A DNA stretch of 64,000 bases. Source: Lytechinus pictus (lineage: Eukaryota). The position numbers and the translations under genes were made by a program. Location of the stretch: positions 7,876,001 to 7,940,000 of the forward strand of contig NC_087245.1 in assembly GCF_037042905.1 (NCBI RefSeq), given 5' to 3'. This document shows positions 25,716 to 37,405 of this stretch, one piece after another. The stretch's first letter is position 1. Each line of letters opens with the position of its first letter. The notes below the pieces were generated by a model. That model was not told where the DNA came from and searched no databases. It saw only the letters and a program-made list of their open reading frames with translations.

Positions 25716-27387
25716 AGGCCCGGTCACATATACATGTAGGCGACGCACGAGGGGCGCATGGCCCACGTGTTGAAATTTGGCAGTTTTGGTCAATGCGTTG
25801 TTACTCGCTAGATCTGCGCCATTGTTCGTTAAGCGTTCGACGAGCGCGTTTTACCAACGTTATGTATTCGACGCTGTTCGCCTGTGCGTCGTGATTTTTT
25901 GAGCATGCTCAAAAATATGCACAGAGCTCGACGCATGACTCTATACGCCATGAAGTCGCCAAACATTCGCAAAGCGCGCTAGACCAACGCTAGACGTACG
26001 CTGAGCCTACGTTGAGTATCCGTCGCAAGTTTGGCGGCTGATTTCGAACGAACGACTGGCGCACACATAACGTGCTTTCCAACGAACATGCAACGAATAT
26101 GAACGAGCTAAACGAGTGCTGAACGAGTGCTGAACGTCTCTCTAACGCACACAACGTTTATCTTGCGTGTTCCTAACCTATACCCGGCGTGTGCCTAGCG
26201 TGTAGTCATAGGGCATATAAGTGGATCCGGCACCAACTCCTCATCACTTTTTCTCCAGCCCTCGAAAGAATCACCTCGGAAGATGGATGATCCTGACACT
26301 CAATTGAAATATAAAATTACAGTTCTCCAACATCAGCATAACCTAATGGCACTGACTATTTACCAACTAAAAGTCTCCAGAAGGACGAAATCGATCGATT
26401 TAAGGTGAAATAAACATTTTACTATGTTCAATAACCAACGCTTTTTCTTTTGACATAATTATTTGTAATATTAAAATCGAATACAAAGCACATTGTTGAA
26501 CAAGAGGTTGATAACAATCATTTACCAAGACCTTTATTACCACTTGTTTTCAATCTACACTGTCCACGTGAGAAATGGGCAGACACAAAGCGTATTATTT
26601 CAATTAAACATATGAAATAACCAATGTTCTATTCGTAATACTTGTAACAATTTTATTTTTTAACTTGACAAACGGATGAATGCAAAACACATTATGATTA
26701 CGTTAAAACAATCCAATAACTAACCTTTTCTCTATCAACAATCGCTTTTCAACAATGAAATGGAATAATACAAAACGTTTTGTGTAAAAGCAATCATTTA
26801 TCACTACTTTTTTAAAACTTGTTTTCAATCTTTATACAACTACATTGTCTATGTGAGAAATAGGCAAAAACGAAATGCTGTGTTTCACATAAATATTAAA
26901 TATCCAACTTCATAATTGTACAACAGTCCTTGTGCATCTTTCTATAGCATCCCTCCCAATCTTGATCAAGACTGATTCTCACCGGCACCAGACATAGTAG
27001 GAGTATTCAAATCACTGGGTGTCATCTGGCCCGAGGTCGAAGATGCCATCTGACCTGAGGTTCTTTTTAGTTTTGCAGCCACAGTCACGTGACTCGAATT
27101 TTTCGGTCGCGGGCTGCGCGTTGAACTCGCAGTGCATGCGCTAGCCTTTCGTTCAACACGCTCGCAATACGGGATGCATTCGTTGGGAGGTTTTGCATAT
27201 GCGCTCCGTGCACAGTCAAAATGCGCCCAGTATACGCGCAGCGCGTTAGCAATATGTTATGTATTCGATGCAAGTGCGCGAGACTTGACACAATTTCTGA
27301 CAGGAGTTGAGCGCACAACGACGCACTGGCCCTATTTTCCAATTTTCAATGCGCGGGTCGTGCGTCGGGCTATATGTGACCGGGCCT
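25716..27387. mobile_element. PIF/Harbinger-like non-autonomous element, CpG-rich ends
   Basis: TTA TSD; TIR AGGCCCGGTCACATATA...TATATGTGACCGGGCCT. Confidence 0.85.
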
Positions 27388-28290
27388 TTAGGAGGGGGGT
27401 TTGTAATAAATAAAATCATAACCGTGCCCATTAGAGGATGAATTCAATACAAAAGGGGTAAAATATTTATTTTCAATACTGGTTGTGTATTACAAATTTA
27501 GGTGGCTGTGGTAAGTCTAATGTAATTTAAAACAGGTTTGCTCATGAGAATACAAACACTTTTGCATTATTATTATTTATTATTTTCATGATTGCATATA
27601 TCAGATTATGAAATATGTTTTGTATAAGTATGCTTGTAGTATAGATCTAATGATTAATCCTTTGTTGTTTCTCCTACTAATTGCGTAAAGCTGTTGCTTG
27701 ATTTGGTTGTTTGGAAATAGATATGGGAATAAATAATGAGTAAGTATAATTGCATAAAAGCAGGTAGTGCAATGATATTACTCCAGCTGTAGCAAAATGA
27801 ATGAATTATCTTCTAGCTGCTCAGTAACTTCACCTGGGTAGAGAGTGTCAAGTTTAGTTTCTTGCTAAAGTACATGATCAGAAACACTGCAGGATATGAG
27901 TGGTATAAGAACTTTGTTGTCTACATTCAAAAGATAACATTAAATGAATGAGATACCCTCAGAGTTGGTGTCATTGTATGGGGGAGTAGGACAAGTTGTA
28001 TCAATTAGATCATTTTCTCAAGCTGTAGCAAGCTGATACCCTTCTGTCAGTACTGGGTATCCATCTAGGTGAACAGTAAGTATTGAGTAGTGTCTTGCCA
28101 AAGAACATCAGTGCTACTTCAGGACCTGGAGAGTATATCCTATAAAAAAAGAATTGTGATTTCCACTGACAAGTTGTTATAAGCTATTGTCTGATATCCT
28201 TTCATCTGATTGGCTCGGATGAAAATCACTATTCCTTCATGAAACATACCTCTTCAGTTGTGAACTCCCTTTCTGATTCATATTCTACAG

Positions 28291-29180
28291 CAGGGGTTCT
28301 CAAACTACAGCCCGCGGGCCGGATCCGGCCCGCGGAGCTTCTCTATCCGGCCCGCAAGACTCTGCTGTGTTTTTAAAATCACTTTTAGGTCACAAATATG
28401 AAACATATAGCTCAATATGATTACATTGTGTATCCAGGAAACCGTAATAAAAGTAATGGCAGTCAAATAAATTTGACTTTCAAGCAAAGTTTAGTGGAGT
28501 TTTTTCTGTCTGTTCTACTTTCTTATTATATGACCAGCGCGGCGCTACATTGAAAAAGTAATTTGACATCAAACGTTAATAACACATGCGCACACATTCT
28601 AACACGCGAGAAATTCGGTTAAAACATAAACTTAATTGCCACTTCAGTTCTGCGGATTTTCTCAGGGGTACATTGGTCATCATTAATTGTTAGCCAGGTC
28701 AAGATGGCATCAAATTCTGCAAAGAAAAGAAAGGTAGATGCTGAAAATCGTGTTTTCCATGAAGAATGGACAGACAAGTATGCATTAATTTTGCCGCAAT
28801 TGAGCACAAGGCCAATGTGATGGCCAATCTACTTTGACCACAAAAAATATTGATAGGCCTACTACAAAACATCTGTCTCTTCAATTTCAGCTACCGAATT
28901 CCTTTTAACAAAGTACTACCATTTTGTTGTCATTACTATTGACTCTCGCTGTATTTTGAAATCTTTTCTAATTTTGCCTGTGTTACATACGAAACTGTTA
29001 AGAATTTGTTGGATGAAATTCTCCCAAAATAAGGGCCAGATTGCACCGAAGAGCATCTAGGACCCTGGCCGCAAGGGTCTTCGTGCACATTTTTTCTAGG
29101 TATATCCACTTCACCCTGGCCCTTTCAGGTTTATTTCGAGTCTCATCTGGCCCTTCAAAGAAAAAGTTTGAGAACCCCTT
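28291..29180 (+). mobile_element. hAT (Charlie/SPIN-like) internally deleted element
   Basis: TIR CAGGGGTTCTCAAACT...AGTTTGAGAACCCCT; perfect 8-bp TSD TTCTACAG. Confidence 0.9.
28704..28820 (+). pseudogene. Truncated N-terminus of a hAT transposase
   Basis: MASNSAKKRKVDAENRVFHEEWTDKYALILPQLSTRPM*, typical of Charlie/SPIN/GTF2IRD2-like transposases. Confidence 0.75.
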
Positions 29181-29340
29181 TTCTACAGAATACAGGTGTT
29201 TGTTATTTTATTCATGGGTTGAAACCTCTATGAATTTACCCCTGTTCATTTTTTTACTCAGGCTTTTTACCAACGTTTCTCCAAGATTTGTCTGGTTTTG
29301 TTAAAAGCAAAATTTTTTTATTTGTCTGTTTAACCATCAG

Positions 29341-29440
29341 GGTGGTAGTCCAACAGTGTTTGATCGTAATATGAGTACAAAGCTTGGTGTTAAAGCATCA
29401 AACTTCCTTCAAGAAAAGATCAAGGAATGCTCCAAAGATG
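29341..29440 (+). CDS. PFK: PFK exon (GGSPTVFDRNMSTKLGVKASNFLQEKIKECSKD)
   Basis: tcag| and |gtaag, 100 nt. Confidence 0.95.
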
Positions 29441-30010
29441 GTAAGAAAATTAGGAACTTTTCCTTCTTTTTTATATATCTAGTTTCTGATAAAGTGGCTT
29501 TCTTGTACTTGCAGAGTTTATGTGGAACATAATAATAACTAGTTGAATGCAATGAAATCATTGCTGTTTCAAGGGCATTTATAGTAATAATATTTCACTT
29601 TTATGTAGCGCTAAAACCATCAGATTGACGTCTGTAAAGCGCTTATTAGGTATATTATTTATAAAATTAAATCAAAATGAATTCTAACATACATATAGCA
29701 AGAAGAGATTTTCATGTTTGTTCAAAATAATAGATACATTGTTTTGGCCTCATTACATGGAAATATTACAACTAAAAATGTGGAATCTGTACTTCTCATG
29801 TCAATGTGTCCCACTCGTCTAATTTGTATTTCTTTTCTATCACCTTTCTATTTCTCTTTTAAATTATATTTCTCTCTCTCTTCTCTTTCTATTGATTTTT
29901 TTTTTTCTCTTTTTAATTCAATTTTTTGTTATCACTTTCTCTATCTCTTTCTTCATCTCATTCTCATTCATCTTAATCCTTGTTTTTCTTTTGCTCATTA
30001 ATGTGTATAG

Positions 30011-30116
30011 GCAAGGTGTTCACAGATTGTGATAGTACAGTATGTCTATTAGGCATCTCACAGCGAGTGGTTGGGTTCACACCAGTCAAGGAATTGGAGA
30101 AATACACAGATTTTGA
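30011..30116 (+). CDS. PFK: PFK exon (GKVFTDCDSTVCLLGISQRVVGFTPVKELEKYTDFE)
   Basis: atag| and |gtaag, 106 nt. Confidence 0.94.
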
Positions 30117-30262
30117 GTAAGTATGAGCTTACACTCTGAAATGGTCTTTCTTACTGTCTAATAAAATATTAAATGAAATAGAGAGGATTAGTTCCAAAAC
30201 TGTGTTGCCAAACTAAAACTGATGTTTGTGTCTTTTTTATCTTTCCCTTGTGGCAGAAGTGA

Positions 30263-30471
30263 GGGTTCCATGACATCTGCTTTGGCAACAATTGTTCTGC
30301 TAAAAATTCTGTACTCTATTACTAACTTCAACCCTGGATTTAACTCTATACTCTTTCCTAATCCTACATGTAACTCTAAGCCTAACATAAAACCCTATTG
30401 CAATCCTAACCCTACACCTTAGACAAAATAAAGCCTGGAGCAATTGTTGCCGAATCAAATGCCTTGTCACC
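30263..30471. mobile_element. Small MITE with telomere-like (CTAACC) interior
   Basis: Inverted GGCAACAATTG/CAATTGTTGCC arms; degenerate TAACCC repeats. Confidence 0.5.
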
Positions 30472-30755
30472 ATGCACGCCAAAACGAGACATACAGGTTG
30501 GTGCCACTTTACTGGTTTGGGCGATCAGAATCTTGATATAATTTTTCATTTTTTAAGCTGCTATCATAATTTTGAAAGTATATGATCTTATTTTATAGCA
30601 TTTAGACATAGGGGTTATCGGGTTTTAGTATAAATTATTGGATATGAACTTGAGGTCACAAAACTAAGGTTAAGAGTTATTTCAGGTCAACAAACCAAGC
30701 ATATCATAAAATAATAGAATTCTAATGATTATCATCAATATCATCTTGTTCACAG

Positions 30756-30873
30756 GCATCGGATCCCCAAAAATCAATGGTGGATGAAATTGCGCCCTCT
30801 TCTGAGGATTCTTGCCAAGCATGTAGAGATCTATGAATCTGAGACAGAGGGTGTGGAAAAACCAGTAGACTAG
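30756..30873 (+). CDS. PFK: PFK terminal coding exon ([38 protein letters not shown])
   Basis: cacag| acceptor, TAG stop at 30871-30873. Confidence 0.95.
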
Positions 30874-31675
30874 AATCATCTGCTATGTCAGATAAGCTCC
30901 AACTCACCACATTACTTGTTCAATGTGTTCCATGCCAAGCCACTGTTGTGCTATCTTGATAATCAACATATTCTTGAAATTTCTTCCTGCGAATCATCAA
31001 TTAAACCTTAGAATCATAATGGAGATAGATAAGTGGCATACTCTGTGTGTTTGATTTCTTCATGTTTGAAGACCTGCCAATCCCTTGAATTTCAAAACAT
31101 GTATTCTTATTAGCTTACCATTGTATTTACTGGGGGAAAATAAGAGAAAGCACATGCATGTGGAATTTGGGAGGGGTTGAGTCACCTTATGAGGAAATAG
31201 TGGTGCCTATACATCCTAGTGTTTTAAGTTCATAGAAAACAAGTATACAGTAAATACAACAAGATCATACTGGCTGGCTGGTCTGCAAACTGCATAATTC
31301 CATGAAAGACGATTTTTGGGCCCTTTAACACAAAAGCATACAGAGTATACAATTGTTTGCAATAGTCTATATGGCAAACTTTGTATGAAATATTACAATT
31401 GATATATATTTCATGTCCCATGGGTTTGTGTGTGTGTGCTATTTTTCGCATTGTATGAACTGCCATTCATGTACCTGATGATTATTTTCAAGAAAGCTCC
31501 TTCCTCTTAAACATAGGTTTGTAATTAGTTGTTACAGAAGTTACTAAGATGAAAATATATAAATATGATATTTATAAGAAAAATCCGCAAGCATCATTAT
31601 TAAGTACCCAGATTTAGGAAGGGACCCAAACTTTGGTTCATTTTCAGATAAGTTCTCAGATTGGCATCATTTTTT

Positions 31676-32865
31676 GTCTCGCCTGCATAGCAGAGCGAGA
31701 CTATAGGCGCCGCTTTTCTGACGGCGGCGTCGTCAACATTGAAATCTTAACCAAGGTTAAGTTTTTGAAATGTCATCATAACTTAGAAAGTCTATGGACC
31801 TAGTTCATGAAACTTGGACCTAAGTGTAATCAAGTATTACTGAACATCCTTACTGAGTTTCAGGTCACATGACCAAGGTCAAAGGTCATTTAGGGTCAAT
31901 GAACTTAGACCATGTTGGGGGAATCAATATCAAAATCTTAACCAAGGTTAAGTTTTTGAAATGTTGGCATAACTTCAAAATTATATGGACCTAGTTCATA
32001 AAACTCAGACATAAGGGTAATAGTGTATCACTGAAGATTCTGCGTGAGTTTCAGGTCACATGATTAAGGTCAAAGGTCACTTAGGGTCAACGAACTTTGG
32101 CTATGTTGGGGTTATTTTGGGAATTGTCATAACTTTAAAAGTTTATGGATCTTGGTCATGAAGCTTGGACATAAGAGCAACCATGTATCCCTGAATATCA
32201 TGTGCGAGTTTCAGGTCACATGACCAAGGTCAAAGGTCACTTAGGGTCGACAAACTTTGTCCATGTTGGGGTTATTTGAGGAATTGTCATCATAACTTCG
32301 AAATCTTATGAATCTAATTTATGAAACTTGGACAAAAGAGCAATCAAGTACCCTTGAACATCCTGTGCGAGTTTCAGGTCACATGACCAAGGTCAAAGGT
32401 CATTTAGGGTCAACAAACTTTGGTAATATCGGGGGTAATTGTGGAACTGTCATCATAACTTTAGAAGTTTATGGATCTAGTTGAAGAAACTTGGACATAA
32501 GAGCAGCAATGTATCCCTGAATACCCTGTGCCCATTTCAGGAACATGGCCAAGATCAAAGGTCATTTAAAGGTCAATGAACTCTGGCCGTGTTGGGAGTA
32601 TGTTTTGAATTAGCATCATAACTTAGAAAGTTTATGGATCTAGCTCATGAAACATTGACATAAGGGTAATCAAGTATGAATGATTGTTTTGTGCATGTCT
32701 TAGGTCACATGATCAAAGGTCATTTTGGTTCAAAGGACATAATATTTTATTATCATATCAGTGTTATCTTCTGTGAATAATTATTCATTAGCTGTTTTCA
32801 AAGGCAGCTTTGCTGCTATATCGAATTGCGTAATGCAGGCAAGATTGCCAGAGGCGTTCCACTTG
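31676..32865 (+). mobile_element. Helentron/HINE-like element (family B) with about 175-180-bp tandem units
   Basis: GTCTCGCCTGCATAGCAGAGCGAGAC start, GGC repeat, ends ATGCAGGC...CCAGAGGCGTTCCACTTG, T-run flanks. Confidence 0.75.
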
Positions 32866-35800
32866 TTTTTTTGTTAGCATGCTGATTAGATGAATATTTG
32901 GAGAATTCGTAGCTTCCATTAATAGTAAGCTATACTATATATTATATAGTTGTATTTTAATGCACGTTGTTCTCCATACCATATGTAAGTTACAAAATAG
33001 ATCAATTATGAAAAAGTGATAGTTAATAGGTAGTTGAATTTCAATAGGTCTTGATCTGCCTCTGTGCTGTAGCTAACAAACAGTTGTTGGAATGAGACTT
33101 ATGTACATATAAAGTACTCCTAACATTCATGTTAAGCCACTATCAGTATTGAACTGGTTTTATGACTTCCGGTTGTATAATGAAACAGTGTATATGAAAA
33201 CTGCTTTGCGATACATAATGCCTAATAGCAACTTTTTTCACACAGAGGCAAGTACTGTTCAGTTGTGAAATACAGAGTAATTAGCAGATTAGCACAGTGA
33301 TAAGTGTTAACTTATATTTCTGTAGAACTATAAGAATAAAACTATACTATTAAGTATATTCATGTGTAGGCCCCGTAATACAGATTATTCACATGAATGA
33401 ATGAATTTATTTATTATCCAATGCAATGATATTAACCATTTTACAAGTTTACAGCCAATTAGTTATGAATACATAGAAAAGTAAGGATAATAGAAACCAG
33501 AAAATACATAGATTAGCTGATATTAATGAAAAGAAACTACCACCGTTATAGCAGAAAGATGTCAGTATTTTGATGTTTATATCATCTAAAATTGACATTT
33601 TATCAGAATATATTATGTTATTACCTGCATTTTTTTATTAAAGTACTAAGAGCTTTTGAAATGATGTACTGATATTAAGACTTTAATTTATGAGGTGCAT
33701 TGCTGCAGTGTAATCAATCTTATAAATCAATTGTGACTATTTATTTCTGTCTAATCTGAGTTCATACTGTGACTGAAATATCATCCTAAGCCATTTATGT
33801 AGATTCAGTGTAGATATGATGGGAGAAGCAGTATATGAATTGACAAATATTGGAACAGCATACAGAATATTAGTGTTGCTTTTCCATGTATCGTTGTAGT
33901 TGGTTGACTAATATTTTTGTAGTCATGCAGCTTGTAAACAGCTGTAACAATCTATTATGTCCATTTATATCCATATCCATATCTGAGAGTGAAGAAAGGT
34001 CTTTTCTTGAATTTCTTTTTTTTATGAATTACTTTATTGTATGCAATGAAAATTCAAGAGTACCTCATTTTTATACAGGGATAATTTTCCTGTAAAGGCA
34101 TGATTGTATTTCTACACCAAGTTTGTTTTGTTATGTACCAGTTTCGTGTATGCCTGCAGTTATGCTTTGCAGCATGCCTCTAATAAATAAATAGCACTTC
34201 ATTTGATTGGGAGTTAGAGGAGTTCTAAATATTATTTTATATAATGTTGAATGGTAATAGATTGAAACTTTGATGTGATTTTATAGACTGTAGAATGAAG
34301 ATACCTTATTTTTATGTAATAGAAGATATAAAAGAAAATCATATGATGGTTATAAAGGTTTTATTTATTATATCGTGTTTGTGTGCATGTGATGCTTCAT
34401 AGGTCTATTCAGAATGCATAAATTTGTACCAAATATGGCAGATTTTTTAAAAAGGATTGTTTCAATATTTGTTGAAAATAGTACTGCAGTGGTGTAGTCT
34501 TTGAGATTGTCAGGTTTAGTCAAAATCATGTTCTTTCCCAAATGATGCACAGTAATGTGATTTCAATATATTTGTTGGCATTGTGTTTATATCATCAGAC
34601 ATCTCAATGGTGTGTGAATTAGTAGCTATATTGTGCTTGAAATTTGTGTAGAGATGTACATATATGATATGTGCACATTATAGGCTAGAAATAGCTATGA
34701 AAAAAATAATAGAATTTTGTCTGTTGTGCTAGTCCTCTTGAAATCTAAAATTTAATTCTATATCTATTTATACTAGTGAAAACTTAATACATATGAAATT
34801 AAACCCTCGTACACTTTCCCCACCTAGTACCAGATCATGAAAAATATCTGAATGGTATAATACATTATGTTAAATATTTATCATCGTGAAGTAAATCCTG
34901 TGCAGTAAAGAACTGTTGCTGCGATAGATGAGTCCCTTTAATTATGCTAGAGTAGTGTTTGGAAAGACTTCAAGCAAAGTGGTTCCTTCTATGCAGCGAT
35001 CACAATTTCAATTAAGTTTGCCTCTGCATGCCCTGAAATTGCTGTCTTCGGATATACTAGAAATTATTACAACTCTTAATGTGAGATGCACAGGTTGTAA
35101 GAAAATGTAAAACGCATTTACTGCATTGTAGTTTGACTTGTTAGGTGGTCTGTCTATGACAGATCACCTCTTAATTTCGTCAGAATTTTCTTTATTATTC
35201 ATTTATTTATTCTTAACCCCTATGTTTGTCGCCAACTTTTCTCCGAATTGGCTGAATCAATTTGGCTGATTTTTCTGTCATATATAGTCTATCATAGAGA
35301 CGGCATACTAAGCTTTTCAAGGTTATCTGATCATGATGACGTCATCTACGCGCCATTTTGTAAAATTCTTAATTTGATCATATCAACATAACAGATCCTC
35401 AATAATCAACCATATTTACATCAAATAAACTTTAGGTCAAAGGTCGTCTGTCAATGTCATCAAAGGTCATGTACATGTAAAAGTCATGACGCGCACGTCA
35501 AAGCTAAAAAAATCCTCAAAATGGCCTATCAATTTTTTTAGGTACGTTTCAGGTCATTCTAAGCATTTCAAAAATTTGCGCGTGTGTAACGCCTTAACGC
35601 AACGCAGAAACACCGTTTTTGTCTCACCTGCATAGCAGAGTGATAGTCCAGGATAGGCCCCATAGAAAATTGACCAAACCTTGTTTTTTTATATATACAA
35701 TATTTTTTGATGGTTTCTTGTCAATTCGAGGGTGCTGATTACGAATCTGGATGATGCCACTCTTGTAACCTTGAGCATTTTCTGCAAATTGGCAAAATCC

Positions 35801-36234
35801 AATATGGCCGCCAAAAATGCAAATTACCCAAGAAAATCATAAAATTGTTCGCACATTGGCTATGAAATGCATGACATTGTGTGGCAGGAGTGAAATACAA
35901 TCTTAAAAAATAATTTTTGACAAAATATTTATTTTCCTCATATTCAAAATGGCCGCCATAGGCCATTGTATACATTATTATGTACAATATGAATAGGGAA
36001 AACTAATTTTCACAAAAATGAGCACTAAACAGCAAAAAATCACGATGTATGAACGAAGTAATATATGCAAATCATCATTACTAACGAGATATATAATTTA
36101 TTATGTCATATATGGGAACATTGCTATATTTTGATGTCTAAAATAGCCGCCACTGGCCCAAAGAGTATTATGTACAATGGCAATGGCTGGGGCCAAAAAA
36201 TGACAACAGTGAGCACTAAAATGCATATTATTAA

Positions 36235-36817
36235 AGGAGAATGAAACTCTTGGAGCAAGTTAGCTTTTGTGAAAGCAGAAAAATCAAAGAATAAGATCAA
36301 CAAAAGTTTGAGTAAAATAGGACTAGCAATAGAAGAGTTATGAGCATTTTAATGTAGAGATCACTAATGCTATGGAGATCCTCCCATTGGCAACGCAACC
36401 AAGATCTATGATATCACAGATGAACAACTCTCCCCTTTTGGACACTGAAAATATACCCCAAAACATCTCTTTTTGCTCATTCTAATCATATGACAAACGA
36501 TTCGTCAATGATATAATGTTGTGAAACCTCTGTACTTGTCCTCTCATAAAGAGAACACCTCACCTTGTGATAGATTCTATATAAGTGAGAATATAAGTGA
36601 AATAAGTACTAAAGCAATGAGGGAGTTGTACGTGTGTGACATCACAGATCTTGGTCGCATTGCCAATGGGAGGATCTACATGGCATAGTGATCTCAATAT
36701 TCAAATGCTCATAACTTTCTTATTATTCATTCAATCTTCCTCAAACTTTCAACAATATGTTTCTTTGATTTTTCTCTTTGATATGGATTCAGCTGGTTTC
36801 AAGGGTTTCATTCTCCT
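36235..36817. mobile_element. Kolobok-like MITE, copy 1
   Basis: TTAA|AGGAGAATGAAAC...GTTTCATTCTCCT|TTAA. Confidence 0.85.
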
Positions 36818-36821
36818 TTAA

Positions 36822-37405
36822 AGGAGAATGAAACTCTTGGAGCAAGTTAGCTTTTGTGGAAGCAGAAAAATCAAAGAATAAGATCAACAAAAGTTTGAGC
36901 AAAATAGGACTAGCAATAGAAGAGTTATGAGCATTTGAATGTCGAGATCACTAATGCTATGGAGCTCCTCCCATCGGCAATGCGACCAAGATCTATGATG
37001 TCACAGATGAACAACTCTCCCCTTTTGGACACTGAAAATATACCCCAAAACATCTCTTTTTGCTCATTCTAATCATATGACAAACGATTCATCAATGATA
37101 TAATGTTGTGAAACCTCTGTACTTGTCCTCTCATAAAGAGAACACCTCACCTTGTGAAATACTCTATAAAAGTGAGAATATAAGTGAAATAACTACTAAA
37201 GTAATGAGGGAGTTGTACGTCTGTGACATCACAGATCTTGGTCGCATTGCCAATGGGAGGATCTACATGGCATTAGTGATCTCAATATTCAAATGCTCAT
37301 AACTTTCTTATTATTCATTCAATCTTCCTCAAACTTTCAACAATATGTTTCTTTGATTTTTCTCTTTGATATGGATTCAGCTGGTTTCAAGGGTTTCATT
37401 CTCCT
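36822..37405. mobile_element. Kolobok-like MITE, copy 2 (head-to-tail with copy 1)
   Basis: Same termini; shares the TTAA at 36818-36821. Confidence 0.85.

Noticed and set aside
27502..27510. 9-nt microexon candidate (tttag|GTGGCTGTG|gtaagt)
   Set aside because: The pyrimidine tract is weak and it would insert VAV into the conserved HMQQGG motif. Not supportable without RNA-seq.
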